From an uncultured virus (IMG/VR IMGVR_UViG_3300050821_001073) (Duplodnaviria; Heunggongvirae; Uroviricota; Caudoviricetes): DNA of 64,000 nucleotides. Below the pieces are notes generated by a model. That model saw nothing but the letters and a program-made list of their open reading frames with translations, searched no databases and was not told the origin of the DNA. The translations under genes and the position numbers were made by a program. Shown here piece after piece: positions 1 through 9,507 of the stretch. The DNA lies in IMG/VR virus record IMGVR_UViG_3300050821_001073; one strand, 5' to 3'. Position 1 is the first letter of the stretch. Each line of letters starts with the position of its first letter.

Positions 1-149
1 TTGTCAGTGTCCAGTCATCAGAAGTCCACGATTCGTAGCTCGTTTGCGACTTCACACAGCAACTACTGTTTTATCTCGTTATCGAGTAAGTTCTGGCAGT
101 CATTCGGAGGTGGTTTATCGTAAGATCTGAGGATTTCATTGCTTCAGTA

Positions 150-524
150 TTGGCACTAACCGCATGGCGCTACACGAAGCCATATGGAGGCTATATGGCC
201 GGGTTTATGGTCATGTCCTGCATCTGTAATCGTGAGAAGGCTGGAATGGGCACGTTACTTGAGTGCCTTGAGCAGATGCCTAAGTTCAGTGCCACATTAG
301 AACAGCCAAATCAGAATGCCTTCCCTGAAACGTGGGACCCCTCTTTTGTAAGAATGCTCCAGGAAGCCCCCTCAATCCGTGACGGCACAGCATTGGATAT
401 GTCCAAGAATGGGCTGTACTTTTGTGACATCCAAGGCATAACTAACCCTTGGTTCCAGGAGAACGTAATGGACAAAAAGGTCATGCCTAGCGCCACTCTT
501 AATAGTCTTTACGTGTATAGATAA
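150..524 (+). CDS. hypothetical protein, weak resemblance to SleB/Hydrolase_2 cell-wall hydrolase N-terminus
   Basis: LALTAW...VM..I.NR pattern resembles Hydrolase_2, but the catalytic Glu is not evident; start uncertain. Confidence 0.3.
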   Translation: MALTAWRYTKPYGGYMAGFMVMSCICNREKAGMGTLLECLEQMPKFSATLEQPNQNAFPETWDPSFVRMLQEAPSIRDGTALDMSKNGLYFCDIQGITNPWFQENVMDKKVMPSATLNSLYVYR

Positions 525-567
525 TGTGTTATAATAGAAGAATAGGATAAACTTTTATGGCAATGAA

Positions 568-912
568 GTGTTACAAATAGGCTCAGTGTCTCCCGCCATG
601 ATGATAACAATATACGAAGAAGCCAAGTTATGGGTTTTCGTGTGTGGCTCAGCATGGTCTGTATTCAAGGCATTTTCTTGGATATTAAAGATCAGGACGC
701 AAGACTTCAAACAGGTCCACGCAAACCTTGCAGAAATCAAAGAAAGCGTACATAATCAGACAACTGCTCTTAGAACAGACATTGAGAAGCAGACTTACGC
801 AATCGTAAGTGAATTAAAAGAGTTACGGGCAGACCTTAGAGTTCTTCGGCCAATGGCTGTCGAGCCACGAATGAGATTAGCTAAGGCCGCAAGACAAAAA
901 GCCAAGAAATAG
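568..912 (+). CDS. hypothetical membrane-anchored coiled-coil protein
   Basis: hydrophobic segment LWVFVCGSAWSVFKAFSWIL followed by heptad-like region; true start may be downstream. Confidence 0.5.
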   Translation: MLQIGSVSPAMMITIYEEAKLWVFVCGSAWSVFKAFSWILKIRTQDFKQVHANLAEIKESVHNQTTALRTDIEKQTYAIVSELKELRADLRVLRPMAVEPRMRLAKAARQKAKK

Positions 913-929
913 TCAATGGATTTTGAGGA

Positions 930-1883
930 GTGCCAGTGATTAAAAAGCAAATCATCGAAGACATGAAGCGTGTTATGCAGGAACAAGGCCGGATCTCTAG
1001 AGCTATTTATCGAGAGCATGGTATGTACTCGGAACGTGCGTACCTTGCCCAATTCGGAAGTTGGTCCAGGCTGTTGAGAGCTTCAGGGCTGACGAACGCT
1101 CCTGCCGTAGTGGCTGCTGTATCTGAAGTTAAGATGCACTTGATGCTTGCTGACATTCACTACCCCGAGCACGATGCCGCTGCATTGAAGGCTATCGTGA
1201 CGTTTATTGAAGCGCATAAAGACCAGATCGCTAGTGTCACTCTGATGGGTGACGCACTGGATTGCGCGGATCTTTCGAGACATACCAAGGGTAAGCCTAG
1301 ACTTCGACTTGAAGGGGGCTACAAGAAGGCCCTGGACGGCTTTACACGTGACGTTCTGACTCCTATCGAACAGTCCGTTAAGCCTGGAACGTTACTGGAT
1401 TACATAGCTGGAAACCATGAAGATTGGGTTGAATCCGACCTGTTGGATGAGATGCCTGAATTGGACGGTATTGTGAATATCGCTACGGCGCTTGATCTAG
1501 CGGCTCGTGGGTGGACCTGGACACCTTGCGGTGGTCATATTGAACGTGCGGGCTTTGTGCTGCTTCACGGCGATCAAATAGGTTCTGGTATCAGCGTAGC
1601 AAAAAAATTAGTAGACAGTGTTAATGAGAACTGCGTCATGGGACACGTGCATAGGTTTACTGTGTACACCAAGACCGCACTGGTGACCGAGCGGAAGAAA
1701 CAGATTGGCGTGACTTTACCTTGCCTTTGTACCGTGGCACCTGGATATGCAAAGGGACAGCCCAATGCGTTCGTAGTAGGATTCGGATTACTTGAGGAAT
1801 TCGGACCTAAACTAGTCAATTTTTATGCACCAATAATTTTAGAAGGTAAATTCGCATTTGGAGGAAAAGTGTATGGCGCGTGA
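930..1883 (+). CDS. calcineurin-like metallophosphoesterase with N-terminal HNH-associated-repeat-like domain
   Basis: ADIH, GDALD, GNHE, HGD, GHVH motifs; N-terminal Y..HG.YS...Y...FGSW..LL..SGL; GAGGAG RBS. Confidence 0.85.
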   Translation: MPVIKKQIIEDMKRVMQEQGRISRAIYREHGMYSERAYLAQFGSWSRLLRASGLTNAPAVVAAVSEVKMHLMLADIHYPEHDAAALKAIVTFIEAHKDQIASVTLMGDALDCADLSRHTKGKPRLRLEGGYKKALDGFTRDVLTPIEQSVKPGTLLDYIAGNHEDWVESDLLDEMPELDGIVNIATALDLAARGWTWTPCGGHIERAGFVLLHGDQIGSGISVAKKLVDSVNENCVMGHVHRFTVYTKTALVTERKKQIGVTLPCLCTVAPGYAKGQPNAFVVGFGLLEEFGPKLVNFYAPIILEGKFAFGGKVYGA

Positions 1884-2036
1884 TGGTGGAATGTTCGAGG
1901 GTATTAGACAGGCATTGTGTCATTGTGGAACTGGAAGATGCACGCACGGAACGCTGATCGCAGCGGCTCCAGTAGTAACTATTGAGGACTTGCAGAATGA
2001 AATTGCGATCTTAAAAGCAATGTTGGCGGCGAGTAA

Positions 2037-2621
2037 ATGAAGGTAATCGGCCTTGGCCATCGCGCCCAAAACGGTAAAGATCAAATGTGTCAGATGCTTA
2101 TATCTGAATGTGGTAAGAAGTACCAGATTATGCGCTTTGCCTTCGCGGACGCGCTTAAGAGGGAAGTCAATGCTATGCTAGAGCGTGCTGGAGGCGTGGA
2201 TGCCTTCTTTGCACGTAAGGATCTACTGCCTTGGGTCGTCAGAGAAGAAAATCCTGATATGAAAGACCCGCTTTGCCCGCTAGGCAAGTTCCGTACGCTA
2301 CTCCAATACGTCGGGGTTCTGCGGCGTGAATCTGACCCTGACTATTGGGTCAACCAGACTATAAAAGACATCAATAAGCACCAACCCGACCTAGCTATTA
2401 TTACCGACATGAGGTTTCAAAATGAGGTAAAGATGGTTAAGCAACTAGGTGGGTACACGTGCCGTGTGCGACGTACCGGATACGTTTCCAATGTGCCCTT
2501 GCACATCTCCGAAACCTGCTTAGATAGCATGACGGATTGGGACTACCAGATAGATGCTGCCGACCTAGGCCAGCTAAAAGAACAAGCGTTAAGAGTATTC
2601 GACAATATCATAAAACTATAA
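2037..2621 (+). CDS. deoxynucleoside monophosphate kinase (T4 gp1-like)
   Basis: IGLGHRAQNGKD P-loop, FADALK, RTLLQ..G, DYWV, ITDMRF.NE, HISE motifs. Confidence 0.85.
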   Translation: MKVIGLGHRAQNGKDQMCQMLISECGKKYQIMRFAFADALKREVNAMLERAGGVDAFFARKDLLPWVVREENPDMKDPLCPLGKFRTLLQYVGVLRRESDPDYWVNQTIKDINKHQPDLAIITDMRFQNEVKMVKQLGGYTCRVRRTGYVSNVPLHISETCLDSMTDWDYQIDAADLGQLKEQALRVFDNIIKL

Positions 2622-2630
2622 GGAACAATC

Positions 2631-3224
2631 ATGCCTAAAGCCATTGCAACAGAAGCCGAAAAGGTAGCTCTTAACAAGTCCCGCGCTGCCGCTGCCTCAT
2701 CTATGCCTACCTCTACTCCTCAGGAAGTATCAGATCGCGCTAAGTTCGTCGCTCGTCAGGGTTCCGATGAAGCCGCTGCTGGTGGTAAGATGAAGTCAGA
2801 AGACGCTCAACACCTTTCAAATAACGCAGAGAACGTTCAGGCTCTCGGTTCCAGTGGATTGCCTGCTGTTAGCGGACCCCACACCTACAAAAAGGGCGGA
2901 AGAATCGCTGCTGATGGCGTGATTATGGCCCACAAAGACGAAGAAGTGCTGCCTAAGAAGGAAGCCGATGACTATCGTGCATTCCGTGGCAATGCTATGT
3001 CCGATGCTCTTGGAGCTTTGGGCGGCACTGTTGGCAAGACTATGGGTAGCAAAGAGCCTGTAGAGAAAAAGGAGCTTCACATTCGCAAAGGACAGTCCGG
3101 TGGATTTATTGTTAAGCACGTTTCTGCTGACAACATGAATGCTCCTGAAGAGCACGTGGCCGCTGATAAGGATGCCCTTCATAAACACATTGACGAGCAC
3201 ATGAATGAGGAAGACAATGGATAA
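2631..3224 (+). CDS. hypothetical protein; C-terminal domain paralogous to 54418..54738
   Basis: AAGGA RBS; KELHIRKGQSGGFIVKH...APEEH motif. Confidence 0.65.
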   Translation: MPKAIATEAEKVALNKSRAAAASSMPTSTPQEVSDRAKFVARQGSDEAAAGGKMKSEDAQHLSNNAENVQALGSSGLPAVSGPHTYKKGGRIAADGVIMAHKDEEVLPKKEADDYRAFRGNAMSDALGALGGTVGKTMGSKEPVEKKELHIRKGQSGGFIVKHVSADNMNAPEEHVAADKDALHKHIDEHMNEEDNG

Positions 3225-3381
3225 CAACTCCTGCTTAGAATGTGTAGAGTGTAAAGGCGCTATTTCCAAAGACACAGGGCGTTGCTCAAAGTGTGACGGC
3301 CATGATACGCGTGAAAAGATTGAGTATATGTCAGAACATGACACCCGTAGAAGTCGCCTAGATAACAAAGAATATGAAATC

Positions 3382-3549
3382 AATATGCCGCCTGCAAGTG
3401 GTAAGGTTCCGAAGAACCCCTTTGCTAGTATGGCCCAGGCGGGGTTTCTCCATGCTCACCCAGAGAAGGTTGGGGGAGCTAAGAAGCTCAAGGAGTGGGA
3501 TGCTGCCACTAATTTCAGTAAATTGCCCAAGAAAGTGAAAGGCAAATAA
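3382..3549 (+). CDS. small basic hypothetical protein
   Basis: MPPASGKVPKNPFAS..Q..FLHAHPEK part of ORF 3205..3549; start uncertain. Confidence 0.45.
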   Translation, partial: NMPPASGKVPKNPFASMAQAGFLHAHPEKVGGAKKLKEWDAATNFSKLPKKVKGK

Positions 3550-3553
3550 AACA

Positions 3554-4162
3554 ATGTTCAAACCCGCTCTCCTGCTGCTGGCTCTCCTTACGGGGAGCCT
3601 TTTTGCTTGTGCGCTAACTGCGGTACAAACGGCGCATCTAACGACCCACGGAACCACCTCCACAACCGTATTTGGTACGTTCGGATGTTCGGCTACAGCG
3701 ATAGGGCCACACGCCCTGTTGACAGCATCACATTGTGAAGCGCCTGTGAGCGTGATTACAGTAGATGACGTAGAGTACACGATAGTAGGAACACCTATGC
3801 GCGATGGGTTTGATCACACGATCTATATCCTATCAGGCGCTGAGTTCGCACATTATGCGAGTTTTAGTACAGAGGATATAGCAGTTGCAGATGATCTATT
3901 CATTTTCGGCAATCCAGCTAACCTAGAAGACATCTTTAGACGTGGCTATGTATGCGTTGTAAGCAAGTCAGGGTATCTAGTGGATATGAATGGGTTCTTC
4001 GGAGATAGTGGGGCAGCTTTGTTCAATACTAAAGGCCAAATCGTAGGAATTGTGAGTGCATTGACTCAGAAGGTACATGAGAACGCGACTATGAAACTCA
4101 TGATCGCTTATAAGTTAGCCTTCACAGCCGCACAGATTAAAACAGCATTGGAGAGCAAATGA
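3554..4162 (+). CDS. secreted trypsin-like serine protease
   Basis: signal peptide; LTASHC (His), D, GDSGAALF (Ser) motifs. Confidence 0.85.
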   Translation: MFKPALLLLALLTGSLFACALTAVQTAHLTTHGTTSTTVFGTFGCSATAIGPHALLTASHCEAPVSVITVDDVEYTIVGTPMRDGFDHTIYILSGAEFAHYASFSTEDIAVADDLFIFGNPANLEDIFRRGYVCVVSKSGYLVDMNGFFGDSGAALFNTKGQIVGIVSALTQKVHENATMKLMIAYKLAFTAAQIKTALESK

Positions 4163-4356
4163 TAGATATTCTATTGATTGGCGTGACCGTAGGCGTGACT
4201 GCTGGTCTGTTTATGGGAAAGCTCGAACAGCTTATATTCAAATATACCGCCACTGAGATGCAGAAGTTTGCTCGTCTGGAAAAGACGTTTAAGGCCGCTC
4301 AGAGCGCCTATACCAAATCCCTGCTGGCCAAGATTTACACCAAAGGATCTAAATGA
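4159..4356 (+). CDS. small membrane protein
   Basis: N-terminal TM; ATGA-coupled on both sides. Confidence 0.55.
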   Translation: MIDILLIGVTVGVTAGLFMGKLEQLIFKYTATEMQKFARLEKTFKAAQSAYTKSLLAKIYTKGSK

Positions 4357-4886
4357 ATTTTCTAAATATCATTAAAAAAGCAGCACCATTCCTAGGAACA
4401 GCCGTATCCTTGGCCGTCCCGGGACCGCTAGGAGCTATGGCATCCAGTCTATTGACGAAGGCACTTGGACTTCCTGCCGATGCAGCTCATGAAGACATTG
4501 CGACTGCAATTGTAGGTATGACACCTGAGCAAGCCGTTGCATTGAAGACTGCTGAAGAGACTTTTGCTATGCAGATGAAGCAAATAGACATTGCATCAAT
4601 CGAAGCGTTAGCTAAGATGTCCTTTGACGACCGCGCAGGTGCCAGGACCATGTATGAGAACGTCAAGGGTTACACGGAGCCTGTACTGGCTTACACAGCC
4701 GTTGGTGGGTTCTTGACAGTGGTAATCCTCATGATGACTTTGCAGAACATTCCCGCATCAGCACATGATGCTCTGATGATTCTCCTCGGTGCGCTAAGTG
4801 CAACATTTAAAGACGTTTATGGGTTCTTTTTCGGTTCGAGTGCTGGATCTGAAGCTAAGAATCAACTACTAGCGGACAAGAAATAA
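4353..4886 (+). CDS. holin-like membrane protein (3TM/GTA-holin-like)
   Basis: DRAGAR motif, two C-terminal TMs, YGFFFGSS.GS..K terminus. Confidence 0.6.
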   Translation: MNFLNIIKKAAPFLGTAVSLAVPGPLGAMASSLLTKALGLPADAAHEDIATAIVGMTPEQAVALKTAEETFAMQMKQIDIASIEALAKMSFDDRAGARTMYENVKGYTEPVLAYTAVGGFLTVVILMMTLQNIPASAHDALMILLGALSATFKDVYGFFFGSSAGSEAKNQLLADKK

Positions 4887-5110
4887 TGAACATATTCACA
4901 ATGTACCCTATCTGGACCTGCATACTTTGGTGGTCCATAATCGCGCTTGCTGTAGCCATAGAGATTCTAGGGTTGTTTCGCTGGCATGGAGCAATTCCTT
5001 TGACATGGGTCATCAGGGACACCCTTCCTACATGGCTCCGTTGGACCATTATGGGCTTCTTGTTATACCACTTTGGAGTGCTAACCAATTCCACTCAGCC
5101 ACTGAAATAG
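4886..5110 (+). CDS. small 2-TM membrane protein
   Basis: two hydrophobic helices; TAATG coupling. Confidence 0.6.
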   Translation: MNIFTMYPIWTCILWWSIIALAVAIEILGLFRWHGAIPLTWVIRDTLPTWLRWTIMGFLLYHFGVLTNSTQPLK

Positions 5111-5120
5111 AGAGGACACA

Positions 5121-5774
5121 ATGGACCCTTGTTTCTATATTGGCATTTATAAAGACCAACTATTGGCGCGTAAGGCTATCACTAGCGTGCGCACCTTCTA
5201 CCCTGAAGCGCCCATTATCAGCATATCAGATGGGATTGAAGACAAGACGTATGAGTCATTTTGCCTTGATCACTCAGTGAGGTATTGGCAGGGAGAGCGA
5301 CTGAAGCTGCCGCAGTTTGCTGGTCAGTGGACAGAGCGATGGTTCAAAACTTGTGCCGAGAACTCAGATTCAGATGTTTTCATCAAGATTGATCCTGATA
5401 CTAGATGTTTTAGAAGGGCCAGTCTTTTGGACACCGATGTGTTTGGAAGGGTCATAGGACTGCCTAATTATCAAGTGTTCGGTCCAGCTTTCGGCATTAA
5501 GAGAGCTGCCGCCGTTAGAATTGTAGATTCAGGTCTTTTACGGGACTTCGAATATACAGCAGGAAGGTTCACATACACGAGATTCTTGGGAAAATCGTTG
5601 CGTCAAAATGAAACCCAAGACCTACAAGCTGTGTCCTCTCAGGACAAAATATTAGGAGACATTATCCTTAAGTTAAAGCTTACTGTGGGAGTCTGGAAAG
5701 AAGTGTCATTAAGAAGCTACCCGATGCCCCCCGTTCTAGACCAAGATTTAGCGTTTGTACACCCAGTCGGTTAG
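5121..5774 (+). CDS. putative GT-A fold glycosyltransferase
   Basis: SVRTFYP...I.SDG and FIKIDPDT (DxD) motifs. Confidence 0.55.
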   Translation: MDPCFYIGIYKDQLLARKAITSVRTFYPEAPIISISDGIEDKTYESFCLDHSVRYWQGERLKLPQFAGQWTERWFKTCAENSDSDVFIKIDPDTRCFRRASLLDTDVFGRVIGLPNYQVFGPAFGIKRAAAVRIVDSGLLRDFEYTAGRFTYTRFLGKSLRQNETQDLQAVSSQDKILGDIILKLKLTVGVWKEVSLRSYPMPPVLDQDLAFVHPVG

Positions 5775-5783
5775 AAAGGGACA

Positions 5784-6359
5784 ATGCCTACTATATCTGT
5801 AACCCAAAATTACCAGGACTTGGCAGGAAATCCATTGTCTAATGGCTTCTTGTTAATAAGACTACTGTCCGATGCCCAAAGCCCCGCAGGCCAGATTTGT
5901 AGTAGCACTGTACAACGTTTCACCCTGGATAGCGGAGGGAATACTACAGGGCTCCACCTGTGGCCGAATGCGTCGTTGAACACAGGGTCTGGCACTAATC
6001 TGTATCATTTTAGTGCATTTACGAGTCTTGGACAACTTGTTTGGCAAGGCACAATGACCATAGCTTCATCGTTGGTACTGGTTTCCATAGCAGTAACTCC
6101 TGCTAATGACACCATAGACTTAGTAACTATCTTGCAATACATTGCAACAGGTACATATTCAGACTCTAGTACACAGGACTTAACTCTATTAGTTACATGG
6201 AGTGGCTCTAATTTGTCCGGCATAGCTACGCTCTCTTCAACAGGACTGCTAACTCCCGTGGACGGTAACGAAAGTGGTGGACCACTAGTAACTATCACGG
6301 CCACACTTGGAAGTATATCTGGATCTACTGGTTTAGTCATTGATGATGGAAGCAGTTAA
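5784..6359 (+). CDS. Ig-like (Big_2) domain virion protein
   Basis: LVSIAVTPA...LQYIATGTYSDSSTQDLT..VTWS, typical Big_2 repeat. Confidence 0.8.
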   Translation: MPTISVTQNYQDLAGNPLSNGFLLIRLLSDAQSPAGQICSSTVQRFTLDSGGNTTGLHLWPNASLNTGSGTNLYHFSAFTSLGQLVWQGTMTIASSLVLVSIAVTPANDTIDLVTILQYIATGTYSDSSTQDLTLLVTWSGSNLSGIATLSSTGLLTPVDGNESGGPLVTITATLGSISGSTGLVIDDGSS

Positions 6360-6365
6360 AAACGT

Positions 6366-6413
6366 AAAGACCCGTCCATAGTTGCCTAATCGGCCTCTGT
6401 GGGCGGGCTTTTT
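6366..6413. terminator. bidirectional intrinsic terminator between convergent arms
   Basis: AAAGACCCGTCCATAG...CTGTGGGCGGGCTTTTT hairpin. Confidence 0.7.
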
Positions 6414-6441
6414 GTCATTTGTGGCTAACATTTCTGACATG

Positions 6442-6558
6442 TCAATTTGGAATGTCAGATTCGGAGTCATCCTCCTTGATGAGCATCTTAATAAAAGGAC
6501 AGATATAAATCAGGGCCAATATGGCCCCGAATGCAATGATTAAGGTTGAGTTGTCCAT
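6442..6558 (-). CDS. 38-aa single-TM peptide directly after the endolysin (holin/antiholin candidate)
   Basis: hand translation MDNSTLIIAFGAILALIYICPFIKMLIKEDDSESDIPN. Confidence 0.45.
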   Translation of the reverse strand: MDNSTLIIAFGAILALIYICPFIKMLIKEDDSESDIPN

Positions 6559-7044
6559 TTAGGATGCTAAGCGGATGAGCCATCCTTTCAAGAATTTACT
6601 GTCACTTGGCGTCTTAGCAACAATCTTACGATACCGAGCCTCAGCCAGTCCCTTAAGGATCGCCAGGAGGGAGACAGCGTTCAGCATGTTGATCGTACGA
6701 ATGGTCACTGGACCAATCTTTCCGTCAACCTTGACCGTTAGGCCAGTGGAGCACACAGCTTCCTGGAGCATCTTACCAATCGTCTCGGTTCCGCAATTGA
6801 CCGCTAGGTCGAAGACCTTAGATGCCAACGCGTCATCGTTGATCTGTCCACAGTTCAGTGCATTCCAAAAGTCCCGTTCATAGATCTCTCCAGCGGTTTC
6901 CTTGGTCAGTGCCTTGATGTTTACATTAGGATAGGAACGCTTCGAGATGCCGAAGTTGGTTTCACCGCCGCTGTCCGAAGGGTCGTTCACATAACCACCT
7001 TCGTGGATCAAAGTCTTTGCAAGTGCTGTTTCAAAATTAGCCAT
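6559..7044 (-). CDS. glycoside hydrolase family 108 endolysin with PG-binding C-terminus
   Basis: HEGGYVNDP.D.GGETNFGIS, VDGKIGP.T, FLKGWL.R. Confidence 0.92.
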   Translation of the reverse strand: MANFETALAKTLIHEGGYVNDPSDSGGETNFGISKRSYPNVNIKALTKETAGEIYERDFWNALNCGQINDDALASKVFDLAVNCGTETIGKMLQEAVCSTGLTVKVDGKIGPVTIRTINMLNAVSLLAILKGLAEARYRKIVAKTPSDSKFLKGWLIRLAS

Positions 7045-7063
7045 TAGTTCTCCTTATGTTTAT

Positions 7064-7092
7064 AGAATACCTTATGGCGTCCTATTTGTCAA
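7064..7092 (-). promoter_or_regulatory. sigma70-type promoter of the endolysin
   Basis: TTGACA-N17-TATTCT. Confidence 0.7.
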
Positions 7093-7134
7093 TAGAAAAA
7101 GGGCCAGAGATATGAATCTCCAGCCCCTTAGTGG

Positions 7135-9495
7135 TTAGTTGACTACGAATGTACTGTCAGGACTGGTAGTGGTGTTACCTTTAGCGTCCGTTGACACGAT
7201 CCTAAAGTGATAAGTTCCAGGATATTCAACGAGATTCCAATTGGTATAGTAAGAAAGTGGTGTATTCCAACCATATGCTGTAGTTGGGCCAGATTCGATG
7301 TGATTGGTACACTGTACGCTGGTAGTCCAGGCTATATGGACGTTTGTAGTGTTACTGCCCAATGGCGTATTGGCTGTGGTTATGTTAGAGATCACTGGTC
7401 CGACTGGTGGCATGGTTATTTGCCAGACGTGAACACCGGCGTGGACAGATTCGTCGCCGCTGACGCAGTAGATGTTGCCGTCAGTATAGGCTGCGCAATC
7501 CATGTTGAAGTAATTACCTGCGTATCCTGCCGTAGCTCCACCAGGATTCGCGGCAGCTCCGAACTGGATGAGGAATTTGCCCGTATGATCGTAAAGCACG
7601 GTTTGGTTCGAGAAGTTTGCATATTGTCCATTGTAATTCCATCCGTAGACCCCGAGCGAAGGTATTGCAATTGCGTTGTTGCCGTTCAACCCTCCAAAAG
7701 CATTTGCCTGAGGGTAATCTCCTTTGCCGTCTGGCGTGGGCTGTGAAGCAACGGGAGCCGCAAGCCAAGAATAGGCCGATGCACCTGCTGGTGCAACTCC
7801 AAAGTGAAACCCAGTGTCTGTCGAGCCTGACTGCGCATCGAAGAAGATGAATTGACTTAGGATCGGATCAAATTGCAATCCATAGGTAGCGAACTGTATC
7901 CCTGGATCGTGAGTCTTAACTGCCGGAAGGGTTGTTGCTAGGGTTGATGTACCCCAGGTTGGAATACCAGAGATGCAGCCTTGGAATGGCAGTATCGATG
8001 CTGTCTGTACGCCATTTGCTGGACCTGCAAGCACGGTTAGATTACCGTTGTTGTCTGGTTGAAACCTTGCTGCTGGATTATTGCCGCCTGCGGGAATCAA
8101 GAACTTCGCGTCAGTGCCATCGGTCGAAAGATAAGCGACTGCCCAACGACCAACGCCTGCGCTTCCATTACCACCGTACACGAACGAGTATGCCCCTGGA
8201 GTGCATCCAGCTAGATCGCGAACGTATAGCATCTGCGAGTAAACGATATTTTGATACTGTCCAGCTTTACTACTGTACAGGTAATCGAATGCAGGACCGG
8301 ACGCCCAGTTATTCACGAGTGACCAACCAGTTCCTGGAGCTAATCCAGCGAAGTTATACTTCCATTCTAGGAAGTTATAGCCGAAGATCCGAGAAGGTGA
8401 TTGCGGGTCTATGGCCGCATGTTGATTGTCACCTACCATGGAAATCTGCTCCAAGTAGGTTCCATCGCCAGCGTAATGCAGGATGCGGACATTGCCACCA
8501 TCTCCGACCCAGAACGTTCCATCTGTCTGAGCAGCTAGGAAAGCCCGAGGAAAGGTAAAGGCGTTCCTAATCGCCGAAAGGAACATGAACTTATTAGGCG
8601 TAACGGCAGGACCGTTTGAACGGTAACCACCAGGAAGGCCCAGAGTAAGCACTTTTGTTCCTGTAGGAGTAAAGCCAAATACTTGTTGAGACATTCCACC
8701 ATCGGCCACTAGAATGTTACCATTCGGTAGTGTCGCAACTGATAGCGGTGCAGTTAATGAAAGAGTAACTCCAGCTACGGGAGCAGAAGGTAGTCCGGTA
8801 AACTGCTGGACCACGGTTCCTGTGACTACCCAAAGGTTACCAGTAGCATCAAATGCCGATTGTCCAGGGGCGTTGACCACAATTGTTCCAAGTAAGCTTC
8901 CAGTGACCTTATCAAATAATGAGATATTGTTGAGTCCAGCATGTGAAACGGCTAGTAAGTTACCATTGAGTTGGACCGCTATGCCAGTAGCCTTGTTAGT
9001 CTTCTGTGCGGTGGGAGTCCAGTCGATGACTCTCAGGTATGTACGATCCGTAGGTGTAGGATTGACTGTCAGACCATTGGTAAATCCGAGCTGCGTACAA
9101 TCGGTTCTGAAAGCTTCTACAAATGAATAAGGTGTAGCATTATTATCGTCTGTATCGCCGGTTTGTGCCATGTAGATTGTGTTGCCGTCAGTGGCTACGT
9201 GTTCAAAACGAGTCTGAAAGTCGGGAACGGTGCAAGGTGAAGGAGTTTGTGGTTGACTGATCAAGAATGCAGCAGATCCGGGTAAGCCTTCGTTGTAGCC
9301 ATATGTAACATAGCAAGCAGCAGATGAGCAAGACATCTCGTGGAAGTCAAAGCCCTTCCAGATGTGTCCTTGATTGGTAAACGAGCTAGAGCTGTTACCA
9401 ATGACTCCGAGCCATTGGGCAGTGGGGTTTGTTTGAGCAACCGTAAGTTGCACCATTAAAACTAGCAATGGTAACAAAAGCAACGATCTCTTCAT
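7135..9495 (-). CDS. large secreted beta-propeller (NHL-like) protein with C-terminal FN3-like domain
   Basis: signal peptide; repeated blades (GIAV..NG.LLAVS, DATGNLWV, PNGNILVADGG, DGTFWVGDGGN.RI); C-terminal YHFRIVSTDAKGN. Confidence 0.7.
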   Translation of the reverse strand: MKRSLLLLPLLVLMVQLTVAQTNPTAQWLGVIGNSSSSFTNQGHIWKGFDFHEMSCSSAACYVTYGYNEGLPGSAAFLISQPQTPSPCTVPDFQTRFEHVATDGNTIYMAQTGDTDDNNATPYSFVEAFRTDCTQLGFTNGLTVNPTPTDRTYLRVIDWTPTAQKTNKATGIAVQLNGNLLAVSHAGLNNISLFDKVTGSLLGTIVVNAPGQSAFDATGNLWVVTGTVVQQFTGLPSAPVAGVTLSLTAPLSVATLPNGNILVADGGMSQQVFGFTPTGTKVLTLGLPGGYRSNGPAVTPNKFMFLSAIRNAFTFPRAFLAAQTDGTFWVGDGGNVRILHYAGDGTYLEQISMVGDNQHAAIDPQSPSRIFGYNFLEWKYNFAGLAPGTGWSLVNNWASGPAFDYLYSSKAGQYQNIVYSQMLYVRDLAGCTPGAYSFVYGGNGSAGVGRWAVAYLSTDGTDAKFLIPAGGNNPAARFQPDNNGNLTVLAGPANGVQTASILPFQGCISGIPTWGTSTLATTLPAVKTHDPGIQFATYGLQFDPILSQFIFFDAQSGSTDTGFHFGVAPAGASAYSWLAAPVASQPTPDGKGDYPQANAFGGLNGNNAIAIPSLGVYGWNYNGQYANFSNQTVLYDHTGKFLIQFGAAANPGGATAGYAGNYFNMDCAAYTDGNIYCVSGDESVHAGVHVWQITMPPVGPVISNITTANTPLGSNTTNVHIAWTTSVQCTNHIESGPTTAYGWNTPLSYYTNWNLVEYPGTYHFRIVSTDAKGNTTTSPDSTFVVN

Positions 9496-9507
9496 TCTTT
9501 CTCTCCT

